NCBI GenBank assembly: GCA_026023565.1 | Contig: JAPETS010000035.1 | Location: 124,001-188,000, forward strand | From: Cirrosporium novae-zelandiae | Taxonomy: Eukaryota | Reading direction: 5' to 3' | DNA: 64,000 nt | Shown here: one piece after another, positions 11,861 through 23,200 of the stretch | How positions within the stretch are numbered: the stretch's first letter is position 1 | Layout of the letters: the number at the start of each line of letters is the position of its first letter | The notes under the pieces: model-generated | Database searches by the model: none | Seen by the model: the letters and a program-made list of their open reading frames with translations, nothing else | Told to the model about the DNA's origin: nothing | Translations under genes and position numbers: made by a program

Positions 11861-14345
11861 TTTTGATTGATAGATAGAAAAATATATTTGCGATAATAAT
11901 AATCTGTCGATCTTAGATATTTGCCAACAGTATAATTTCAAGGCCACTTACAAAAACTAGAGAAGCTTGTAAGACGCCCCTTGCTTAAGATCTTAACTGT
12001 CAGGTGAGAGTAGAGTAGAAGGAATGTGAAAATATAAGAAGCCAACCCTTTGGGTATAATAATATTGAAAATATTGCACACACATTTGCCATCCAACCTT
12101 GTATATCCATTCATGGGGAAAGAAAAATCCCTTTCTTTCTTTCCTTCTTTCTTTCTTTACCATTTTCAAAATATATACAAGGATCTAGAACAGACAGACA
12201 TCTCATCGTCACGATTTTTTGCCCACATGCTCTATAAAGGAGAATAAAGGAAGATGGGATTTTGCTGACAAAGAAGAGGTTAATAAGCATAAAAAAAAAA
12301 ACAGAGATCAAAGGATTCCCAAAAAGGAGGCATGGGATCAATTTCAGAACAAGGTTTTAGTACATGGTAACATGTATTGTACATTTGTTAGAAGATGTTT
12401 GCTGGGTGGCTGGAAGTTGGAAGTTGGGGACGGTATGGACTATGCCGCCACAGCCCGCCTAGCGATAAAGGGGCTCGGGGGCCAAAGTCACCAACTCCGA
12501 AACAGCCGTTACAAACAGCTTGATCAGCTTTTTGTATGCTGTTTGACTTCTTTCTTTAATCATCATTGATTAATAGTTACACATCAATCTCGTTGATGTT
12601 GATGTCTCTTGCTTCTTGTAAGCTGTATAATCTATTGTCTGATATCTGTGCTATTCCATCGCTTGCTTGTTTTACTGTCTCCAGGAATCTTTCAACTGCC
12701 TGCTTCTATGCATCAAGCCTGTAATCATGCAATGCATTTCTGCCTTGGACAATTGATGATTCACTTCCATTCGCAGCTTTACACGTATGTCATCTGGACA
12801 ATGAATGGTGCATGTGTGAGTGAGTGAATGGGGAAGCGAGCCTAGATGACTGCATTAGACATTGGAAAATATCATATAAGCAGCTGTTTTTCCCCATTTA
12901 ATTGTTTTCCCTTCTTCTTCTCTCCAGAGTTTGGGTTTTTAGCAATCTCTCATCCCTGTTCATCTGAGCTTATGTCTATACACTTATCTTCAAATTGAGA
13001 TATATATTTTATTCTTTTTCTCAGTCTCATGCGTCCTTATCACGGTCTACAAAATATCACGCGCTCCTCCTACTGGTCCCATCTTCAAGCTTTCATCTAG
13101 GACACCCAGGCTTTCAGAGTCATCTTATGGACTAATCCTAAGTCCATTACCAGTTGACATAGCTACCCCTACTTTTCATACTTGACTGTTTGTCAATAAT
13201 GCTATCACCCTGAACAATGTCTATCAAACCGTCATCGTACCTCATGTCGCCCATACGTTAATTACATTGGGAACGGGGCACAGGCTTACCATTCACTTCT
13301 AAGGAACTTACCTTATTGACCCCGTCAGGTGGAGCATGCGCAGAGGCGTACTTGACGAACTCCCGCTCTAATTCTTCTACAACGAAGCTTGTTGCAGTGA
13401 ATTTTGATCACTTACAAGGGTAAAAATATTATCGTTATCTACTCTACCTCTACCACCGCTACATGCTATAGTTGTTCTGCATCTGTACCAAAGATAAGAA
13501 ATCCTATGGCCTATACAACCTCCATCTGAAAATGGCTACTTCAATAGGATGGAGTGGTTTATATTACCATGAGCAAGTAAACAGACTACATAAGATCCCT
13601 TGAAGCTATAGATGTTGAAATCATTAATCCTGAATAATGTTTTATGCCATCTTTGTTAACCCTAGAATATCTGCTATTTCATCGTGGAATCCATTTTGTT
13701 TTTTTGCGGGCATTGAGTGCTATTTTCTTTTTACAGTCTTTTGTTATTGGGACACCGTATGATAGCCCTGCTCGCCTGAGAGCTGTATCTTCTCTTCTCG
13801 CTCTATGTTTGAGATGGACTTTCTTGGCCTATTGTCTAACCAATTTCTATCCCTGCCTATCTCGGTCCAGCATTTTCTTCCGTAGCTTTCAAATCACAAA
13901 AACCGAGTAGAAACTTTTTTTAATTCAAAACCTCAACCACCCTTCCAAACCAAAAAAGAAAAATCAATAGTACCGACGAGTGCTACCACTGCACCATCCA
14001 CCCCATCCGCCCCCTCTCAACAATATTGAAAATCATTAATCTACTGTAACAAGCAAGTGTCAGAACCAAAGAAATACCAACACACAGAGACGGATGAATG
14101 AAACACCGAAGAATCTCTTTCTCTTCTTTCTCACTGCTATAGACTATATAATAAAATTCTGCCATCCTTTTTTGAGCAGCAGCTGACTTCGTGTGCATTG
14201 ATTATCCGCATTGTGTCCCTCTCTCTCTCTTTAAGATGAACTGATTTACACAGATCCCCTCAAGAACGAAGAAATAATTAAGTTAATCAATTCGCTGGTG
14301 TAGTGACCCTCTCTCTACTTCCCCTGGAATGAACGCTATGTCTGT

Positions 14346-14452
14346 CCACCATATCATTTACCTTCCCTATATATATATTTAACATCCCTCCTCCCACTCC
14401 CTAATATTTTACTCTTTAGATTCCAAGTCCTAAAATTTCTTATACTAAATTT
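14346..14452 (+). repeat. Diverged direct repeat A, copy 1 (TATA-containing)
   Basis: CCACCATAT..TTACCTTCCCTATATATATATTTAACATCCCTCCTCCCAC..ATTTTACTCT..CTTATACTAAAT aligns by eye with 15639-15764. Confidence 0.6.
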
Positions 14453-14689
14453 TTATCCTCGCAAACTGTACTCTGCGACTGCGAAGGTAGTTGGTTGTGA
14501 TTCACCATCCTTTCAACTCAACTACCCCGAGCACGGGGAAAACCGATGACTGTAAATACTTACACTCCATTTTTTGAATTTATATATTAACTGACATTGT
14601 CTTAAACTTTACCGGTTATTTAAGATGATAGGGGCTGAGCTGAACGCAACCTTGCCAGTAGAAAAATGACCAATATACTTAGATGACAC

Positions 14690-15100
14690 CACGTATCATA
14701 TTTGCGAAAATAATGAAGTGGACTTCATTGTTTGGAAAGTATCGGTATCATATACTCACCCTGGTACCAACAACTGGTAAAATTAACCCAAAAGATTGGG
14801 ATTTCCTGCGAAATGAAGAGCACAACAATGTTTTGTAGAGCCTGAGCTCTGTCTCTGAGGATGAATCTATGGAAGCCTTTTGTGGAAAGAATTTTTAATC
14901 ACTCAACGGCACCATCGATCGAAAACTCCCCTTGAAACCGATATGTACTGTACACGTTGTACCAAGTTACCGGTATATTCGAGTAATGTTGGACATTTTT
15001 CATCGAGAACGTCGAGTGGTTCCATAAAGGACCCGTTTAAAAGGGGAGCATGTGGAAATTGCGCGAATCCGGGGAAAGCACATTGATGCACCCCATGGTT
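14690..15100 (+). pseudogene. Decayed Cys-rich (DUF3716-like zinc-binding) gene
   Basis: YCTRCTK...VGHFSS...FKRGACGNCANPGKAH*C resembles the CxxC...GPF...GACANC...C pattern; several in-frame stops upstream. Confidence 0.4.
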
Positions 15101-15638
15101 GGGGCTGCATCCATTTCAATACCACGCTCGGCGTTGACATGGTCAGGTGTCGATTTGACACCGTACTAATATATATAATCATCAGAGTGTTTGATCATAT
15201 ACTAACACTTGGGCAGATATGGACCAAGATTCTGGAAGACAACTTCCAGTTTATCGACAAGCTCCGTAATGTATTCAACATCACAAAGATGGCAAAGGAG
15301 AAATGAATGAAAGAGCCAATATTATTTGAAAAGGCCCATTAGACCCGAGTATAACCCTTCAATCGAGGACAACATATTATCCTGCAATATCGAAATAAGA
15401 GAAATGAAATAGTCTCGTGTTTATTATTGGATTTATTTTTACCGCATCGCTTCTCTGTTCAACTCAAAAACAAACTCTTTGAAGAGTTGACACCAGAGAT
15501 GTCGAGCAAGAATAGACAAACGAGCTCAAGCATGCCCCAACTGGGTATTCGGCTATCTCGCGGGAGATCAGTCCACGATCTTTCGAAAAGCAATAGCTTT
15601 CAATTAACAACAAGACCAGTCCTCACAATTTGAAATCG

Positions 15639-15764
15639 CCCACCATATGTTTAATAACATTACCTTCTCTATATATATCTAACACCCCTCCCACCCCTCA
15701 ACATTTTATTCTCTAGTTTCTAAAACCCATATTTTCAATTTTAAAAAGACTTTATACTGAAATG
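15639..15764 (+). repeat. Diverged direct repeat A, copy 2
   Basis: CCACCATAT..TTACCTTCTCTATATATATCTAACACCCCTCCCAC..ATTTTATTCTCT..CTTTATACTGAAAT. Confidence 0.6.
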
Positions 15765-16332
15765 CCTCACAGCAATCCAAAAACTTTGGGCGCCGGTGAT
15801 GTGGATACACTCACGAAGAACTCTTGAAAATTGAACCTGATTATGTGCTGTGCTTGCCGATGCAATCGCATCGAGGCCTGCCTTATACACCTAGTTCTTC
15901 TTCAAGCCCGATCTCTGCTGGCCTCCTCACTTTCGCTAGTTTAGAAATTAGCTTATCTCTATCCATCAAAGAGTAGACGATGGATTCTAGAAACCCCAAC
16001 AAACAGTGATCTAAAACAATTAGGAAACGTTTTAACTTTACACTTCGAAAAACACAACCAGAATAGCACGGGAATTAATCGAATCGAGGAGACGAATTTT
16101 GACCAGAAAAAAGCGAAAGAAGTAGTGAGTATAACAAGGTGCTTATTTTAGCAACGACGTGACGCAGATCTCCATCTTGCACCACCGGCGACCTCTCAGC
16201 AAGCCTCACTAGACACTCCTATCATCACATTTCTTCCGACGACGATAGTATTGTGAGGGAAATAGTATATTAATAGAGATGATGAGTTTACTACAGGTGA
16301 GACTCAGGCCAAAATTTCAATGACTCTCCGCT

Positions 16333-16386
16333 CAGGGAAGGGAATGGACCAGACCAAATAGACGGTCTGATCCATTCCCTACCCTG
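16333..16386. mobile_element. Ultra-short (54 bp) hAT-type MITE
   Basis: 23-bp TIRs CAGGGAAGGGAATGGACCAGACC / GGTCTGATCCATTCCCTACCCTG (2 mismatches), 8-bp spacer, flanked by 8-bp TSD TCTCCGCT / TCTCCGTT. Confidence 0.8.
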
Positions 16387-17348
16387 TCTCCGTTAGCGAG
16401 AACATTGTGACCTGCCAGGGTTACCACATATCTGTTCCCAATACTGAAAAGATGACCCTGAACAGCGCACTTTGAAGTAGCTAGCTACTGCCTCAGGCGG
16501 TGAAACTGGATTTGGGTTTTATATGATGTTATCCTGCCGAGATGTTTGAACAGGTATACCGGCCGACGACCTTGAAGTTCGAATCCCTCGCTAAGAATGG
16601 GTTCAAGACACTGCCAAAGACAAGCCTGAAAAATATAAAGGCAGACCCTAGTCACCTCTCTGAAGGGTTTGTTCACAGCGATGAAGAGGATGAAGCTAAT
16701 TAGTGATGAAGAGAGAGCCCGCAAAGCGTATTTATCCCGGAGCCAGCCCTGTGCCCTCCTTCCTTCGCAAGAATTCTACCAACTTAGTGGTGCTTTGGGG
16801 TTTTAGTAAGACACACCATGTGATATTCTTTAAACCTCTTATCTATTAATCGCCTTTTGTATATATTTATCCACTGAAGCCCATTTCTTCGAGATGAAAG
16901 GGACAGGAAAAGGAGAAAAGTACTCATAAATGTCATAAAACATAAAACGAGGATATTAGAATATCCTGTATCATCATCCCTTTATTTTATTTTCTTCTTA
17001 TTATTTAACTTTATTTTTTATCATAAAAACGGATGTATGTATTCGCTATCATTGAGAAAAACTTTCTGCTTCTCATATCTTAACACTATACGTTTATCAA
17101 TTCCATAACAAACAAACAAACCTTAGTCGTGTGTGTATGTGTCTCCCCCTGTCCAGAGAGGCTCGCGAGTGATAACGCCGCCACCCTTTTCAGAGCCTAT
17201 TCTTCCGTCGTTGCACGACGACTTGTAAGTAAGTACAATACTCGTAAAAAAATGTGTTGCAGTTGCGATTAACAAATTTTTTTGTTCTTTTAAGTTTTCC
17301 TTTATATTTATCCCCTCTTCTTACGAACATTAACATCACCTTCTATTC

Positions 17349-17385
17349 AAAACGAACTTTATATATCTACCAACCAGTTCAATTT
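17349..17385 (+). repeat. Diverged direct repeat B, copy 1 (copy 2 at 18223-18258)
   Basis: AAAACGAACTTTATATATCTACCAACCAGTTCAA versus AAAATGAACTTCTATATATCTACTAACCAGTTCAA. Confidence 0.6.
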
Positions 17386-17744
17386 CACTTTCCTTGTCGA
17401 AAGACTAATATATGGACTTTAGATTCATGTTATGAGGTTATTTATCTATTAGGGGGGTTATGGAAATAACTAGCTAGATTTAATGAATTGTTTTTTTATA
17501 TTTTTCTGCTGAGTATACCAATTCATTTTCTAATCCTGAACAGCTGTGATGGTTACTTAATTCTACATCTACTTTCGACTTGACATAGCCTGCCCTACCA
17601 TAGCAACAGCATACATCTATCCCTATTTCCCACTACACTTGAACCTTACTTCCTACGTATGGTTCGGGCATTCCACCATTAAGCTACCGTGATGAATATC
17701 GAACACGGTTTACTGAGAATGCCTGGAAAAAACGCTCTTATGAA

Positions 17745-17916
17745 CAATGAAGGGAATAGACCAGACCAGACCGGTCTGACATGGTCAAAATAACCTCATG
17801 TTGGGATAGCACGGATCAGCAGTAAGGACGTTCACGACTGTTGCTGTAGTAATAATCAAGTTACCGCAGCAATAATCACCTTTAGACCGGTCTGGTGTGG
17901 TCTATTCCCTTCACTA
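17745..17916. mobile_element. hAT-type MITE, 172 bp
   Basis: ~33-bp TIRs (CAATGAAGGGAATAGACCAGACCAGACCGGTCT / AGACCGGTCTGGTGTGGTCTATTCCCTTCACTA) and a perfect 8-bp TSD CTTATGAA at 17737-17744 and 17917-17924. Confidence 0.9.
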
Positions 17917-18639
17917 CTTATGAATATAGTAGGTCCATATTTTGGATAGAAATCTTTAACCGGGATCATGGGATGTTTCCAAACAAACACAACAAGGTCG
18001 AGATTATTTTACACGACTAGCGTTCTACTACCTACAGAAACTACAGCTAACTAAACCTAGCGGATTTTTCAACGGGCTAAACTAAACGTCACGACGAAGG
18101 AAGGGCTCATGACAGCCACCCACTCAAAGACTCCCATTATACACGCGCATCTTTACTTGAACACATGAATGCTAGTTAGCTAACTCGTTTATTCAAGACT
18201 TTATTATATCTTCCTTTTTTTTAAAAATGAACTTCTATATATCTACTAACCAGTTCAACAATTCTACCCCCTTTTTCTTCCAAATATCAATAAAAATGAA
18301 CTTTCCTAATTACCGGGATTAAAACCTTGTGCTATACAGCTATAAGGCTCTTATCCTCCTCTTCCTCTAACCTCCTAATTTACGACAAGCAGCACCAATA
18401 CATACCCGTTTGAGTAAGTTAAGTTTATTTGACAGTATTTTTTGGGCTTTTTTAGATAGTTTTTTTTTATAAAAGTTAGTTGACTATTAATCAATATGCT
18501 GCACACATAATTATTATTCCATTGGCCCTATTACTACTCCTATAACACACGTAGAATATCGTGAAACCTTTAGGGGTTAGGGGTTGGGGAGGGGAGAGGA
18601 TCTAACGCCTTAGTCAATAATTTCTTTTCCGGCAAAACA

Positions 18640-19012
18640 AATCCGTTATGAAGCTGAGGTTGCCTTTGGTCCACAGAATGTGGTAGCTGATGGTTTATCG
18701 AGAACCATTCTTAGAGGTGACACTTGTGAACCAGACTTTTGGGTGGAGGAATTGCAACGCAAGCTAGATGAAGAGGGCCCTGAATGGGTCTGGAAGGATG
18801 GAAAGGGTGGCTACCTAGACCTACTGAAAAGATTAACAGAGAATGAAGTTAGTGAAGTACTAGAACCGGGTACACTCGAAAGCAAGTCTGTATTTTCGGT
18901 GGGGACGATCGAATCGTGGGTTGAAGCCTATGAACACTCATATTCGTTCGGAGACGAATGGAGGTTTCTGAGAACAGGCCTGGTACTACATCTACCTTGT
19001 TATTTTGTGTAA
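18640..19012 (+). mobile_element. Ty3/gypsy LTR-retrotransposon pol relic (RNase H end and linker)
   Basis: GPQNVVADGLSRT matches the GxxNxxADALSR motif that closes gypsy RNase H. Isolated fragment with no RT or integrase. Confidence 0.65.
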
Positions 19013-20105
19013 GGATGGGTTCTGGACTCGTCCCACCTCGTCCAGCGGGACGGGGTTAACATCAACCCGGCACATTTTATTCCTGGCGTGTCGCAGCCTT
19101 CTTACATAGAAGGTCTATTTATTCAATGTAAGTTGCGAATCCTGCGAATCTAGTACCTGAACCAAACAATATCGAAATGACAGCCTTATTGTGCTGTATC
19201 AAGTGACGCCCTGGGGTCGTACATGTTATTTTGTGTTTCGTGGGGGGCCGAGGCCCATGGGGGATGCGGTTCCCGGCGCTTCCTGGCCTTGCAGCTGCGG
19301 CTGCGATCCTTACACAAAATAACATATATAAAACCAGCTTTTCTATTAGAATAATTCATCATCTTTACAACCACTCGTTTTTCATGTCAAAATCTTTCAA
19401 CTTAGCCCCTTGGTCTAGAAAAATGTACTGGCATTCCAATATCCTTTAAAATAATTTTTTTTCTTTTTGATTTGATAATTTCCCCCTATATAAAAGCTAT
19501 ATGTTTATTGTCATCTTCAGCTTTATCATCTAGCACCCCCTTGGCGTGTACGGTTCATACTGACGTCGTAGTCTCCCTTCTCTCGTCGTTTTCCTCAGCT
19601 TTATCTTCCAGCGCTCCTATCGAATGTGCGGTTCCATGTTCACCATCTCTCCTCTTATTGTTTTGTCGTACCGAACTCGCGTCTTATTCCATTACGCATC
19701 TTTTCAACCCGATCATCTGTTAGGGTTATAAACCGGTCACGTGTCACCCACTATTTAGCCAGCGATCCCACATATAGAATCCACAAGTTTGTCGCATCTA
19801 TCTGCTCCAATATCATCATGGCTACCTCCGTTGCAAAGGGGAAAGGGCGCATGGACGTTTCCACCCCGAGTCAAAGTTCCCAAGAGACAGAGCCTAGTAT
19901 TTAGTAGCATACCCTTCACACTCTTAGGTTGATTGAAGTTTTCCTTGCCTTGCTAGACAGCCGTGTCGAAAGACCAGTTTGATCTCTCATCAAAATCATC
20001 TAGCTAATACCACACTATTAACTATCCCCTTTGTTATGGATTAGTTTTGTTTGCTTTGTTTGTTTGAGGATAGACCACCACCAACCCCCACCTTTTTCCC
20101 TTATT

Positions 20106-20290
20106 ATGCTTCCCTCTCGCTCTGCTATTAACGTCCCCGCCGCTTCCACTGCTAGTCGTGGTGTCGTTTCTACCTGACCCAAGTGTCTAAAATATTTTTG
20201 GCGCTTCGCTGCTAATCCCTCCCTCGTCTACACCTAGTAGCCAGGCCCCTCTAGGGAGTATTTAAAGAACTGCTTTCTATCTGCGAGATT
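20106..20290 (+). pseudogene. Decayed small Cys-containing ORF with RIP-like stops
   Basis: MLPSRSAINVPAASTASRGVVST*PKCLKYFWRFAANPSLVYT**PGPSREYLKNC; the stops and Tyr codons are one transition away from CGA/CAG/TGT. Confidence 0.3.
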
Positions 20291-23200
20291 GGAGTTTTTC
20301 TTCTGAAAGGTTCGTCGCTTCCAGGCTCATGAATATAGACTTCATTTTTCCATCAAAATCAACACCAGCAGACGTAGCATCGACAACAATCCAATTTACA
20401 ACCGTCGAGGAGCTGTTTAAGCTGATTAATTATGTCACCGAAGATATCTGAAGACATGAGAACAAAAGAGTAAATCTACTATTTTGATAATAACATGGCT
20501 CACCAATTTCCTCAAACGGTTAACTGTGGATAACTTTCTTACAAATACCGTATTATAACTTTATCCTTGAAATTGTCGCCTGGCAAGCATGTACACCTTT
20601 AAGGCCCCGTCGCGGGCTGCTGCGACGTAGGAAACCATAAATTACACAGTCTCTCCTTCGTTCACCAATTTTTGGATAAAACAGTCTACGGAAATCAATA
20701 TTTTCACAATCATAAATGATATCTGGGATGCTAGCGGCTTTGGAAGATGGAGACAAGGCTGGTACACGGAGGAGAAAAAGACGAAGAAAAAGATCAAAGG
20801 ATGGGCAAGGGCCAGGCAAGGGCCAAAGGCTACGATGAAAGGAAAGCCAAAAGGGCAAACCGAATGGAAGAACGATAAAAAATCAGATTAACATTAAATA
20901 ACGAGTTATTTTGTGTAAAGTACATTGGTACAGAAAAATCAACTAGACTTCTTTATATCTAAATTACCATTTTTGCTCCTACTACAGTATAATATCCTCG
21001 CTCGCGCCGACCCCCCCTGCCTCGTCTGTCGCCCGCACTAGCCAACTTCCTGTTGGCTGTACCGATTTCACTACTCTTTTAGATGATTCTACCCCAGATG
21101 CCTCCACCTAAAGTTAATGGATCAAATTCGTTGGCTTGAATTGATTCCCGCTGCCGACGTAACTAATGTACCCCTTTCCTTGTTTGTTTTGTTCTGTTCT
21201 AATTAACCTTTTATAGCATTTGGCTCACTCTCCCCTCCTCGCGTGGCGCCTAGGGTGTCCGATGGTCCCGGCGTTTGTCTCTGTTCTTGAGTAGATAGTT
21301 CATGCTGTATCCGCTGCTGTGGAGGAGGAGCCCTATTTGTTCGTGGTAAGTTGATGCTTTTGATGCGTTTTGCATTCTGATGCCGGGTTTCTTCTGAGGA
21401 TGGATTGGAACCCTTTCGATTGGCCTGGAGTTGCCCAAGAGGATATCACTCGCACCAACGAGCTTCTCACCCACTCAAGTGAAGATGATAATGATGTTCG
21501 TATACTTGATGATGTAGTTGCGGGAGCGGCTAGCTTATGTGCAAAACAGGGGATTCTCGGCGCTGGCCAAAATATTAAAAAATTACAACTCCATCAACAA
21601 CAACTTTCCTTGGGAAAACTCTCAGCGTGTTAAATCAAACGCAGAACTCAACGAAATTCCAATAGCAGAAGAAAATATTTTGGCTTTGGTCGTTTCACAT
21701 TTTCAAAGCCCCATCCGATATTCTACTTAACAGGTGATTAGATATACGTTGTTTTTTTCATTTTTAATTGTCCGTTTTATTTAGAGAGAGGTTATATTAT
21801 CCCAGTAGCTTGATACCATAAGCTATATTTTTTCTAGTCTGTTCAAATTAAGAGGATATAAATACTCTTTGAACATTCCTATCTTCTTTATTCTATAGGA
21901 CCAATCTAATTTACCTGCATATAATTGTGATGTAGTTATTATGAAGGGGATATTCATTTTCATTTACCTGACTAAGACAAGATCTGGGACCTGCACGAAA
22001 AGGAAGAGTAGTTATCGATATACGCGGTTTGAACAAAATCTCTGAGCCAGATGTGTATCCTTCACCACTACAAGCAGACATCATTTCAACAACCAGAGAT
22101 TATCCTTTGATTACAATTATAGATGGTCTCTCCCTTTTTTTTTTTTTTCAATGGAACATGCATGCACCCTTCGAGCCGCCCGCTTGGTATGTGTAATTTC
22201 ACATCATCGTAGCCAACGAAATTTTTAATGTTGTGGTACCAAGGTCACAGAAATTCTGTTTTTTCTACGTGCAAAGAGAGAGAGATAGATTTAATACTTC
22301 GAGAGTTTAGAACATTCGTTCGAGCATACATTGGTGATATATATGGTGGTTGGTTCTAAATCTTTTCGCTTGCACTTAGATTAATTACTTGAGAGCAGTG
22401 CTCGCAGGTGACTCAATCTATCCTCACCAAGTCCTGGAAGCGGATTAGGTGGTTCGCATGATGAAATCTCCTTTACAGTCATACCTCCTCCGCACCAATA
22501 TGGGCTTAGGGAAGACGCTCACCCTACTAACCACTATGCTAGCAATTATCCGACGCCAGGATCATTCCACGCAGCGTCTTTGACAGTTTGGAACCACGAT
22601 ATCACCAGGGGGGGGGGACCAGTGCCAGGCAGAACTTACAATAACTCTATCTCCCTTCAGGATATAGCTCTCTCGTTTTATGTTTCTTAGTAATGCAAGA
22701 CCAAGTACATAGGAACTTGAAGAACTTGGAGGATTGCAACATCCCCCCTTTTCATTTGAAAATTACTTTTATTTGCTTAAGCTGCATGTCGAATACCCGA
22801 AAACTGGATATTTTGGTTGCTTGCCACACATTCCACTTTAATTTCATCTTTCGTTCTTAGCTGGGAATTCCTAACTAAAATTCTGAATTTTTTTTTATAG
22901 GTTATATATAGTGTTATAGCAGACAAGGGAAAGGTTAGTGAAATGATGGTTAGAGTTGAACCTACCTATAGAAAGGGGCTAGCATAAAGACAGAAAATTT
23001 TACAAAACAATCCCACCTAGCCTTGTTAAGTGACATTTATACAACCGCGGATTCTCTCTCCAATCTTTCTCATCTTTTCTCTTCGGTCGTCAACCACTCT
23101 GAATTACAGTCTACAAGAGACAAACAAGCTTTATACTGTATATTATAATCCGTTACCTTTTCAAGGGCATATTCTATTCTCAAAGAAAGGAAAGAAGACT

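Noticed and set aside
12386..13050. Possible solo LTR (TGT...ACA with TATA box and pyrimidine tract)
   Set aside because: No matching 4-5 bp TSD for the boundaries tried and no second copy in the window.
19720..19904. Possible retrotransposon leader and gag start (MATSVAKGKGRMD...)
   Set aside because: Too short, with no diagnostic motif.
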